Source: a virus (taxonomy: Duplodnaviria > Heunggongvirae > Uroviricota > Caudoviricetes). Taken from it: a DNA stretch of 64,000 nucleotides. Position 1 is the stretch's first letter. Each line of letters begins with the position of its first letter. Positions 26,612 through 34,774 of this stretch are shown here, one piece after another. The translations under genes were made by a program, and so were the position numbers. The DNA is taken from IMG/VR virus record IMGVR_UViG_3300032046_000003, positions 64,001-128,000 of that record. One strand, given 5' to 3'. The notes beneath the pieces were generated by a model. It was given only the letters and a program-made list of their open reading frames with translations. It was not told where the DNA came from and did not search any database.

Positions 26612-27492
26612 TGGTAGATACTTCTATTTATGGAGTTGATGTGTTTTTAGATAACGGAGACTTAGCGGTTACTAATTCTAGCGATTTACACCCCATATTA
26701 TCTTTAGACAATTTGGCTCAAGCAGTATCAAACGCTTTGTCGACTGAGCAAGGCAATATTTTTTATAATCTAGACTATGGCATTAATTTGCTTGGTATTG
26801 TGGGAGAAAAAAATACACTGGCCCAACAAGAAAGACTAAGAACCGAAATATCTAGAGTATTAAAAATGGAGCCAAGAATAGAAAGAGTAGAGGTATTAAC
26901 TATAACTACTAATACTGAAAATCCTAGAGAATTAGATATTTATATAAAAATTAAGCCTATAGAATCCACATCAAGCATAGAAGTTAATTTAGTATTTCCT
27001 TTCTCATTTTTTCCTGTTACTACAAATTCTGTTACGAGTGAAATACAAACTAGTACAGATGCTTTGACAATTTATACTCAGTATTCCATATATAATATTG
27101 TTGGTGTATTTTTAATAACTGATACTAATAAAACAGGCACTAATTACTTTACTGGCGGATTTGTGAGCGATAATAAAATCACCTTAGGCACTTCACTTCC
27201 AAGTTCTAATTCACAGGTACAGATTGATTATATAACTCTAGACGTTTTAATGAGTAATATTCAAATTACCCAAATATTAAATGAAAAAGCTTTGACCCTA
27301 GACGGTATTGTAGCAACATTGGCTCATACAATATATGATGTTACAGACGCATATTTGGCCTCTGATACTGCCAAAACTGGAACAGATTATGCCTCTGGAA
27401 GTACATTTGATAAAAATATTTTAACACTAGGAACTACTACTTTACCGAACACGCAAATTAATGTAGATTATTCTACCGTAGATAATATATAG
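26611..27492 (+). CDS. Baseplate wedge/sheath initiator (gp25-like) with C-terminal extension
   Basis: GDL......DNL.QA....L.TE.G...Y..DYG...L..EPRIE.V pattern. Confidence 0.8.
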   Translation: MVDTSIYGVDVFLDNGDLAVTNSSDLHPILSLDNLAQAVSNALSTEQGNIFYNLDYGINLLGIVGEKNTLAQQERLRTEISRVLKMEPRIERVEVLTITTNTENPRELDIYIKIKPIESTSSIEVNLVFPFSFFPVTTNSVTSEIQTSTDALTIYTQYSIYNIVGVFLITDTNKTGTNYFTGGFVSDNKITLGTSLPSSNSQVQIDYITLDVLMSNIQITQILNEKALTLDGIVATLAHTIYDVTDAYLASDTAKTGTDYASGSTFDKNILTLGTTTLPNTQINVDYSTVDNI

Positions 27493-27503
27493 GAGAAAAA
27501 ATT

Positions 27504-28877
27504 ATGAGCCCAGTTGAATTTCGCACACAAAATCGCATTTTTCAAAATCTCCGCGCTTTCCTTAGCAATTCTGGTTCAGCTCTTACAGACTTCAACGTAG
27601 GAAGTGTTATTAATAGTGTGCTTTATGCATTTAGTAATGGATTAGCCAGTTTATATGCTACATTACAAAATGTTTATGATGGAACTTTTGTTGCAAGAGC
27701 TACTGGAGACGATTTAGATAATAGGGTGACAGATTTTAATTTGACAAGACGCTTAGCCACCAGGGCAACAGGCAATGTGACTTTTTATAGAAGTCTGCCT
27801 TCAACCAGCGATGTTATAATAACTGTAGGCACGCGTGTAAAAACCATAACAACAAATTTAATACAAGGCGTAGAATTTCTTACAACTTCGCAAAAATTAA
27901 TTCAAACGCAGATTGTGGCCGAGCCATATACATTTTTAACAGGCCAAACAAATATTAATTTAATTTCTAGAAAAGTATATGATATAAATACTGTAACAGG
28001 AACAGCAGCGAGTGTGTCGGGGTATACTTTTATAAAAAATACAGATTACAGTTTAAATTCAGCCGACGCCTCTCAAGCTAAAATACAGTGGCTTGGTGGC
28101 GGAGTTTCTCCCGATGATTCTACGGTTTTTTATGTAACGTATCAACCTTTATCAGTAGATGTTCCCGTACAATCTTCAGGCGCAGGAGCTTTTGGCAATG
28201 TTGCAACAAGTACTATAGTCAATGTTCCTTCAAAACCCGCAGGCGTAGAAGAAGTTATAAATTACGAATCCACAAGCGGAGGAACCGATATTGAAACCGA
28301 CGATCAATTAAGAATTAGAGTGCCGCTGTATTTGAGCTCACTATCAAAATCGACTAAAAATGCTATACAGGCTGCGGCTTTATCGGTAAATGGAATTCAA
28401 AATGCAAACATATACGAATCCGATCCTCCAAATGGATTTGTTACCATATTTATAGATGACGGTTCCGGCGGAGCAAGCTTAGAAATGATAAGAAACGTAA
28501 AAGATAAAATTGATGGAACCATAAATGGAGTTGAAACCGGAAGCGCGACCGCCATGAGGGCTTGCGGATTGGGAGTGAACGTCCTGGCCCCAACAGTTAA
28601 AGACATTACAATTTCTCTTACTGCATTTATTGATACCGGTTTTGACTCTACTTCGGTTAGCATCGATATTGAAACAACCATAAATCAGTATTTAAATGCG
28701 TTTGTTACGGGCCAAAGTATATTGAGGGCCTCTTTGATAGAAAAAATCATGGGAGTACAGGGAGTTAAAAATATAGATTTATCAGTGTTGACTGTCAACG
28801 GGGCTTTAACAGGAGACACTACTGTGGGAACTAATGAGGTGGCGCGTCTATTTTCTATTAATATTTTAACGAGATAA
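27504..28877 (+). CDS. Baseplate J-like wedge protein
   Basis: TDFNVGSV, ATG.DLD, R..AT.ATG.VTF, GAFGNV, GGTDIETDDQLR.R, AALSVNGI. Confidence 0.88.
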   Translation: MSPVEFRTQNRIFQNLRAFLSNSGSALTDFNVGSVINSVLYAFSNGLASLYATLQNVYDGTFVARATGDDLDNRVTDFNLTRRLATRATGNVTFYRSLPSTSDVIITVGTRVKTITTNLIQGVEFLTTSQKLIQTQIVAEPYTFLTGQTNINLISRKVYDINTVTGTAASVSGYTFIKNTDYSLNSADASQAKIQWLGGGVSPDDSTVFYVTYQPLSVDVPVQSSGAGAFGNVATSTIVNVPSKPAGVEEVINYESTSGGTDIETDDQLRIRVPLYLSSLSKSTKNAIQAAALSVNGIQNANIYESDPPNGFVTIFIDDGSGGASLEMIRNVKDKIDGTINGVETGSATAMRACGLGVNVLAPTVKDITISLTAFIDTGFDSTSVSIDIETTINQYLNAFVTGQSILRASLIEKIMGVQGVKNIDLSVLTVNGALTGDTTVGTNEVARLFSINILTR

Positions 28878-28878
28878 T

Positions 28879-30267
28879 ATGAGTTTAGATAACATAAGAA
28901 AATTACTTTTAAATAGTCTATCAAATATTTTCAATAAGGCCGCCTCAACCAGAAATTATCAATTAATGACCGCAGTCGCCAATGAATTAACCGATAATGA
29001 AAACAATATTGAGCAAATGAGGAGAGCCTCTACTATAAATGAGGCCATAAGCGGAGACCTCGATTTACACGGAACCACTCTAAATGTAAAAAGAATATAT
29101 TTAGAAGACGATGAAGCCTATAGAATTAGATTATTAGAAAGCTATGATAGACCTCAGGTTACTTCTTCAAATTTAAAAGAATTGGCTGAATTTTATGTTG
29201 GTTCCACAGTAATTAAAGAAGAATATATAAAAGATAGATGGTGGCTTGGTGGAAACTTATGGCCAGTTACAGAAATCGAAATTGTTCCTGCTATAACCAG
29301 CACCATTGCTCAAACTACGAGCGGCGCTTTAACAAATACAATGCCGGAATGTTGGAGCATTTTAGACATATTGCATACGGGCACAAATTATTGTTCTGGG
29401 TGTTCTTTTACCAATAATTCATCTGGTGCTTTAATAACTCTGACCACTCCGGTTACCGCTGGAGATTTATTACAAGTAGTTTATACTTTAGATGCTATTA
29501 CATCGGGAAGTAATATAGATTGGGTGCCGCATGGATTTTTAGGATATGACGCCATAATCCATCATAGGGTATTGTCGAATAATTACGACCTAATAACATC
29601 CAATATAAGAAATATAACTATACAAACCAATATGCTTCCAGGGTATGCAGTATATACATCATTATTTAATATCGACACAGGCATAATATATGGATGGCAA
29701 AATACTGTTGATAGCGACGGGCAAATTATATTAGATGAAAACACTAGAGTTGATAATTTGGTAGTAGACGAATATCAAATAGCTGATGATGTTAATCAAG
29801 TTTCAGTGAATCATTCTATAGCAAAAGTAGTTAGCGTATATTTGGCGATTGATGTCAATCATACCGGCACTAATTACGCGACAACTAATAATTTTAATGG
29901 CAATACTGTAATATTAGATATACCGCTTCCAAGCAAAACCGCAGTCATAGTTAATTATAACAGGTACCCAATTCAAAATTATAGAGATTTTAATATAGAT
30001 AATTTTGTAAAAACAGGCGATGAAGATTTAAGATTTACTATGGAGTTTCAGTTAAATGCGGACTTTATAAAATACAATACTGCCAAATATTCTCAAATAT
30101 CTTGGGGGCAATTGGCCAACGATAATATAAGTTTGGTTGCTGAGGCAATTGACATAGCAAAAGCGGCCGGTATAAAAACCAAATTGATAATCGTATCAAA
30201 AGGAGCCATATACGGACAAGTAAGTTCTGTATATGCCCAAGTATTCTACGGCGGACAATATTATTAA
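28879..30267 (+). CDS. Baseplate wedge protein (gpI-like N-terminus)
   Basis: A.SGDLD.HG....R...EDDEAYRIRL, directly after J; C-terminal KAAGIK. Confidence 0.68.
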   Translation: MSLDNIRKLLLNSLSNIFNKAASTRNYQLMTAVANELTDNENNIEQMRRASTINEAISGDLDLHGTTLNVKRIYLEDDEAYRIRLLESYDRPQVTSSNLKELAEFYVGSTVIKEEYIKDRWWLGGNLWPVTEIEIVPAITSTIAQTTSGALTNTMPECWSILDILHTGTNYCSGCSFTNNSSGALITLTTPVTAGDLLQVVYTLDAITSGSNIDWVPHGFLGYDAIIHHRVLSNNYDLITSNIRNITIQTNMLPGYAVYTSLFNIDTGIIYGWQNTVDSDGQIILDENTRVDNLVVDEYQIADDVNQVSVNHSIAKVVSVYLAIDVNHTGTNYATTNNFNGNTVILDIPLPSKTAVIVNYNRYPIQNYRDFNIDNFVKTGDEDLRFTMEFQLNADFIKYNTAKYSQISWGQLANDNISLVAEAIDIAKAAGIKTKLIIVSKGAIYGQVSSVYAQVFYGGQYY

Positions 30268-30896
30268 TGCCCACTGGAATTTATATAAGAACAGAATATC
30301 ACAAAAGAATAAATAGCAAAAGTCATAAAAACCAAATTCCTTGGAATAAAAATAAGAAAGGTTCACAAATATCTTCTAGAAAAGGTAAGACTTTAGAAGA
30401 AGAATATGGTGTTGAGAGAGCAAAAGAAATAAGTATAAAGTTAAGTAAATGGCAAAAAGGTAAAATATATGAACAGACTATGGGTAGCAAAATAGCCAAA
30501 GAATGTAGAAGAAAACAAAGGTTAAAGGCCATTGAGAGAATAAATAAAAACTATGGTAAATGTTGTCCTAATTATAATCCTAAAGCTTGCGAAATATTTA
30601 AACAATTCGATGAGAAAAATAATACTCAAGGTTATTATGCCATGTATGGTAATGGAGAACATTACATTGAAGAACTTGGTTATTTTCTAGACTACATTAA
30701 TTTTGACAAAAAACTGATAATAGAAGTTGATGAAAAACATCACTTTGATAAAAGTGGTTTATTAAAATCTAAAGATATTAAACGTCAACAAGAAATAAAA
30801 AATTTATATCCTGATTTTAATTTTTTAAGATTCGAAGAAAAAGATATAAATAAAATTTTACAAATTAAAATAGGGGGGGTTTCATGGATAAGTTAA
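30267..30896 (+). CDS. Free-standing homing endonuclease-like protein, paralog D
   Basis: MPTGIYIR, PWNK, GKTLEEEYG; PNYNPKACEIFKQFDEKNNTQG...LGYFLDYINFDKKLIIEVDEKHH. Confidence 0.78.
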   Translation: MPTGIYIRTEYHKRINSKSHKNQIPWNKNKKGSQISSRKGKTLEEEYGVERAKEISIKLSKWQKGKIYEQTMGSKIAKECRRKQRLKAIERINKNYGKCCPNYNPKACEIFKQFDEKNNTQGYYAMYGNGEHYIEELGYFLDYINFDKKLIIEVDEKHHFDKSGLLKSKDIKRQQEIKNLYPDFNFLRFEEKDINKILQIKIGGVSWIS

Positions 30897-31510
30897 ACTT
30901 TTATGATATGCAACACGTTGCTGCAGAAGACATGGGGCAGATATATTTAGATGCAGAAAGCTTTGCAGTTCAACATCTAAAAGACTTTCATTCTACTAAA
31001 ACTCAATTTGTTCTTGGTAGTGCCATATACGGTCCGTCATCTTTGCAGGTTTTATCAACTACTTATCCGTCATTGACCGTAGAGGTTTCCGGCGGAGTCG
31101 GTTATGACGCTTGGCAGAGAGTAGAAATTACATCTACAGAAAGCTTGACCATTGCAAATATACCTCCAAATAGCGGCGGAGGATTAATAATAACTAGAAT
31201 AGACTTGATCTACATAAATAAAACTGATATAGATGCGTTTCCTTTTACACTAGACTTTATAGACGCTAATAGGAACATATTCCAGGAAACTAAAAATACC
31301 CGCAATTTGGGCAGCTACGAACTAATACAGTTGCAAGGCACTTATAATATTGGAGGCGCTACTCCGCCGGCAATTCCTGCGGGGGTTATACCTTTGGCCT
31401 ATATTTATCTTCGTGATAATACTAACAAGATATATAATGCCGACACCAGCTCACTCAATGAAGGGTACATTGTTGACGCGCGAACAGTAGTTTATGCAAC
31501 TACTATTTAG
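30884..31510 (+). CDS. Baseplate/tail fibre attachment protein
   Basis: L.VEVSGGVGYD, RIDLIYI, PPAIPAG.IPLA.I pattern common to fibre-anchoring proteins. Confidence 0.55.
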   Translation: MDKLNFYDMQHVAAEDMGQIYLDAESFAVQHLKDFHSTKTQFVLGSAIYGPSSLQVLSTTYPSLTVEVSGGVGYDAWQRVEITSTESLTIANIPPNSGGGLIITRIDLIYINKTDIDAFPFTLDFIDANRNIFQETKNTRNLGSYELIQLQGTYNIGGATPPAIPAGVIPLAYIYLRDNTNKIYNADTSSLNEGYIVDARTVVYATTI

Positions 31511-31521
31511 GAGTAAATAAT

Positions 31522-32280
31522 ATGACATCGGGCGTTTACATAAGAACTGAAGATAATATAAAAAACTTAAAAGGCAGAAAAAGTTGGAATGAAGGACTTA
31601 CTACTAAAACTGATATAAGATTAATAAAAGCTGGAGAAAGAATAAAAGCAACTAGAATAAAGAATCATTCTTATTTTAGTTGTCGTAAAGGCAAAACTTT
31701 AGAACAAGAATATGGACTTGAAAGAACTAAAGAAATTAGAAAGAACTTAAGTGATTCTCATAAAGGAAATGAAGGTTATTGGAAAGATAAAAAACGTTCA
31801 AAAAAAGATAGAAAAAAAATGAGTGCGGCTAAAATGAACAAAACCTATGAAGAAAGAATGGGTATTGAAAAAGCAAAAGAATGTAAAAGAAAACTAAGTA
31901 AGGCTAAGAGTGGCCAAAATAATCCCATGTATGGTAAACCAACTCCAATTGGTTCTGGAAATTGTAAATGGTATGAATATAATGGCGAAAATTTACAAGG
32001 TACGTATGAATTAAGATTTGCTAAATTATGTGATAAAAATAATATAAGATGGGAAAAAATGCATAAAGTTTTACCTTATATTATTAATAATAGAAAGAGA
32101 AATTACTTACCTGATTTTAAAGTTTGGTTTGATAAAGAACCTGTTTATATAGAAACTAAAGGATATTTTGATGAAAAATCGCAAATAAAAATGAATTTAG
32201 TTAGACAACAGTATCCTGATAAAATATTTATAATTGCTGACGAGAATATATTAAAGATGTATGAGGAGATGACAATATGA
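31522..32280 (+). CDS. Free-standing homing endonuclease-like protein (NUMOD3-like repeats + PD-(D/E)xK, TnsA-N-like domain)
   Basis: MTSGVYIR, SWNEGL, GQNNPMYGK; QGTYELRFA...RNYLPDF...YIETKGY. Confidence 0.78.
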   Translation: MTSGVYIRTEDNIKNLKGRKSWNEGLTTKTDIRLIKAGERIKATRIKNHSYFSCRKGKTLEQEYGLERTKEIRKNLSDSHKGNEGYWKDKKRSKKDRKKMSAAKMNKTYEERMGIEKAKECKRKLSKAKSGQNNPMYGKPTPIGSGNCKWYEYNGENLQGTYELRFAKLCDKNNIRWEKMHKVLPYIINNRKRNYLPDFKVWFDKEPVYIETKGYFDEKSQIKMNLVRQQYPDKIFIIADENILKMYEEMTI

Positions 32281-33566
32281 CTACTAGATTTCCGGATAAT
32301 TACGATGTTTACTCTGTAAAAATAGACAACGTGACCGATATTCGAGCTGCTGACATTAATGATTTGCAAGATGCAGTCAATGCAATAGAAAATGAGCTTG
32401 GGGCAAATGTAGCCGGTTTGAGTCAACCTTCAGGCTGGAATTTGGCCAACAGATTGGGCGTATTCGTAAATGATAACGGTACTTTTAAGGCCGGAATCAT
32501 TACAGCATCTGATATTCCGTCAGGTTCAATATCAAATACAAAAATATATCATAATGATACTTTTGAATTTAAATCTGTAAAAGCTGGAAGGCATATCGAC
32601 GGTACTTATGGTTATACCGGAAGCGGCCCAGGAACAATGGCCGGCGTGACTATAGACGCCGCTGGAAACGTATTCATAGACGGAAACCTAACTGTTAGAG
32701 GGGCTGAAACAGTTTCGGCAACAGAAACCTTAATATCGAATTTACAAGTTGATGGTAGTTCATATTTAGGAAATGCGGCAAGTGATATAGTTGAAATAAC
32801 TGGTACTACCAGGCCGGCCGCTTCCTCATTATATGATTTGGGGGACCCAACTCACAGATTTAAAACAGCCTATATTGATGTTCTATTAGGCCAAAGTACG
32901 GGCGGAGACGTTTTGACGGTGGCAACGTCAGGAACGTTTGATAATACTATAGCGATAAAATCTAGCACTGACACATCTTCAGGAGACAGCCTGGCTTTTA
33001 TAGGATTAAAAAGCGGAGATCTAGTTATTCAATCTGCCACGGGACAAAATTTATTGTTGCAACCGTATGAGGGCAAGGTTATGATAAATACCGACACGCC
33101 CACATCGGACTTATCGATTGGCGGAAACACGTATATGGGCGGAAACGCGTACATAGACGGGGATGTCACAATAACCGGCACATTGACGGCGGCATCCACG
33201 GCGGCTATTCAAAAAATAGCGGCCTGCTGGGATTTGGGAACGGACGCCTTCGTTTCTAACGGAGTATTCGAGATATTAATACCATATGATATAACAATTA
33301 CCCAGATCATAGCGTACGCTGACACCGCGCCCACGGGGGCTGATTTGCTTATTGACGTTTTAAAAAATGGAACGACAATTTTCACAGATCAATCCAAAAG
33401 AACTAAGATAGTCGACGGAAACAACGCGAGCGACATAACCACTGGCATTCCCGACATAGCGCCTGCGAGCGCTGGAGACAGAATTAGGGTGGACATATCC
33501 CAAGTAGGCGCCACAATTGCAGGGGGGAATCACCTGACTGTGACCTTATACGGAGGTGTAGTTTAA
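32277..33566 (+). CDS. Tail fibre/receptor-binding protein 1
   Basis: Beta-rich; N- and C-terminal domains shared with the 34775 ORF. Confidence 0.65.
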   Translation: MTTRFPDNYDVYSVKIDNVTDIRAADINDLQDAVNAIENELGANVAGLSQPSGWNLANRLGVFVNDNGTFKAGIITASDIPSGSISNTKIYHNDTFEFKSVKAGRHIDGTYGYTGSGPGTMAGVTIDAAGNVFIDGNLTVRGAETVSATETLISNLQVDGSSYLGNAASDIVEITGTTRPAASSLYDLGDPTHRFKTAYIDVLLGQSTGGDVLTVATSGTFDNTIAIKSSTDTSSGDSLAFIGLKSGDLVIQSATGQNLLLQPYEGKVMINTDTPTSDLSIGGNTYMGGNAYIDGDVTITGTLTAASTAAIQKIAACWDLGTDAFVSNGVFEILIPYDITITQIIAYADTAPTGADLLIDVLKNGTTIFTDQSKRTKIVDGNNASDITTGIPDIAPASAGDRIRVDISQVGATIAGGNHLTVTLYGGVV

Positions 33567-34339
33567 TGGCAGTTATTTCTTTGAACTCCCCGAAGAGTTG
33601 CCTGTGGAAATTTGAAGGAACCGGTTCCCCGGCCACCCAAACAGATAGCTGGGGCCATGCAAATTTGTCTATATACGGAAATCCGGGCCAGATGGATCCC
33701 TCCTGGATGACAGATCCCCCAGGATCTTTTACGGCATCGGGCATGTACGGCGGGACGAACGATGGCTGGAGCCATGTTGATAGCTCTATATTTAGAATAG
33801 GCACGGGGGACTTTTTGTTTGTGGTCGTTTATTACGAAAAAGGACTTACCGGCGATTCTAACGCCATAATGTCAAAAGCGAATTGGGACATTGATGGCAA
33901 CAATTGGTTTAATGCGTTAACTGGCGGCGGCGGTGTTGGAAATATAACGTTTAGATTCGGGAGCAGCCTATACGGAACACCCGGCGGGGTTATTCCAACG
34001 GGTCAATGGTCAATGGTGGTTTTTGAAAGAAGGGGGACTGCCTTAAAGGTGTGGGCCCACAATCTTTCGACCAACACTTTCAATGAAACGCCGAAAATTT
34101 CTGCCACCAATTCCCAATCGGCCGGGGCTAATGACTCAGTATTCATGTTGGGAGAAAATGAAGGTTTCGGTAAATATGGAATCCAATGGGAGGATTCATG
34201 CAATCAATACCTGGACCATGTGATATGGGCCAACGGCGTGTCTATTCCCGATTCGCACCAGAGGTTCTTATATAACGAAATTTATAATAAGCGTTCAGAC
34301 GGGATGTATTACATACCGGGAGGAGCCGTGCTGCTATGA
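33566..34339 (+). CDS. LamG/concanavalin-A-like domain protein
   Basis: LWKFE, G..WSMVVFER.G..LKVW, FMLGE, YLDHV.W...Y pattern; short and visibly GC-richer. Confidence 0.6.
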   Translation: MAVISLNSPKSCLWKFEGTGSPATQTDSWGHANLSIYGNPGQMDPSWMTDPPGSFTASGMYGGTNDGWSHVDSSIFRIGTGDFLFVVVYYEKGLTGDSNAIMSKANWDIDGNNWFNALTGGGGVGNITFRFGSSLYGTPGGVIPTGQWSMVVFERRGTALKVWAHNLSTNTFNETPKISATNSQSAGANDSVFMLGENEGFGKYGIQWEDSCNQYLDHVIWANGVSIPDSHQRFLYNEIYNKRSDGMYYIPGGAVLL

Positions 34340-34773
34340 TTGAAATAAAAAAACTAACAATAAGCAGGGCCCAGGAAATGATTGACATCAGCTATGATTT
34401 TTTGACAAAATTAAACATCGAGGCGGGCGGCGTTGCCCCCCTAAAAGAGCAGTTTTTAAAGTGGTTCACTTCTAATTTTAACGCCTATGGCATTGTTGAC
34501 AATGAGATATTGCAGGGGTTTATAGCCTACACTGTTGAAATTGATCGCTATGAACCATATTTTTGGTTCATTAAAGAAGAGTTCAGGGGCAAGGGGTATG
34601 ACAATGACATGTTGTCTTTAGTGGAAAAAAACGCCGATGAAGAAAACAAGCCCGTGCTTGTTTTCATACACAAGGTCATGAAAAGCGAAATAGACTATGC
34701 AACGAGAAGGGGATATATAATCGTGTCAGAAAAACCAGATGGCTTTTGGATGAAAAAAACAACAGGAGGCTAA
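34336..34773 (+). CDS. GNAT-family acetyltransferase
   Basis: GFIAY...FWFIKEEFRGKGY (motif A)...Y..RGY. Confidence 0.65.
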   Translation: MIEIKKLTISRAQEMIDISYDFLTKLNIEAGGVAPLKEQFLKWFTSNFNAYGIVDNEILQGFIAYTVEIDRYEPYFWFIKEEFRGKGYDNDMLSLVEKNADEENKPVLVFIHKVMKSEIDYATRRGYIIVSEKPDGFWMKKTTGG

Positions 34774-34774
34774 A

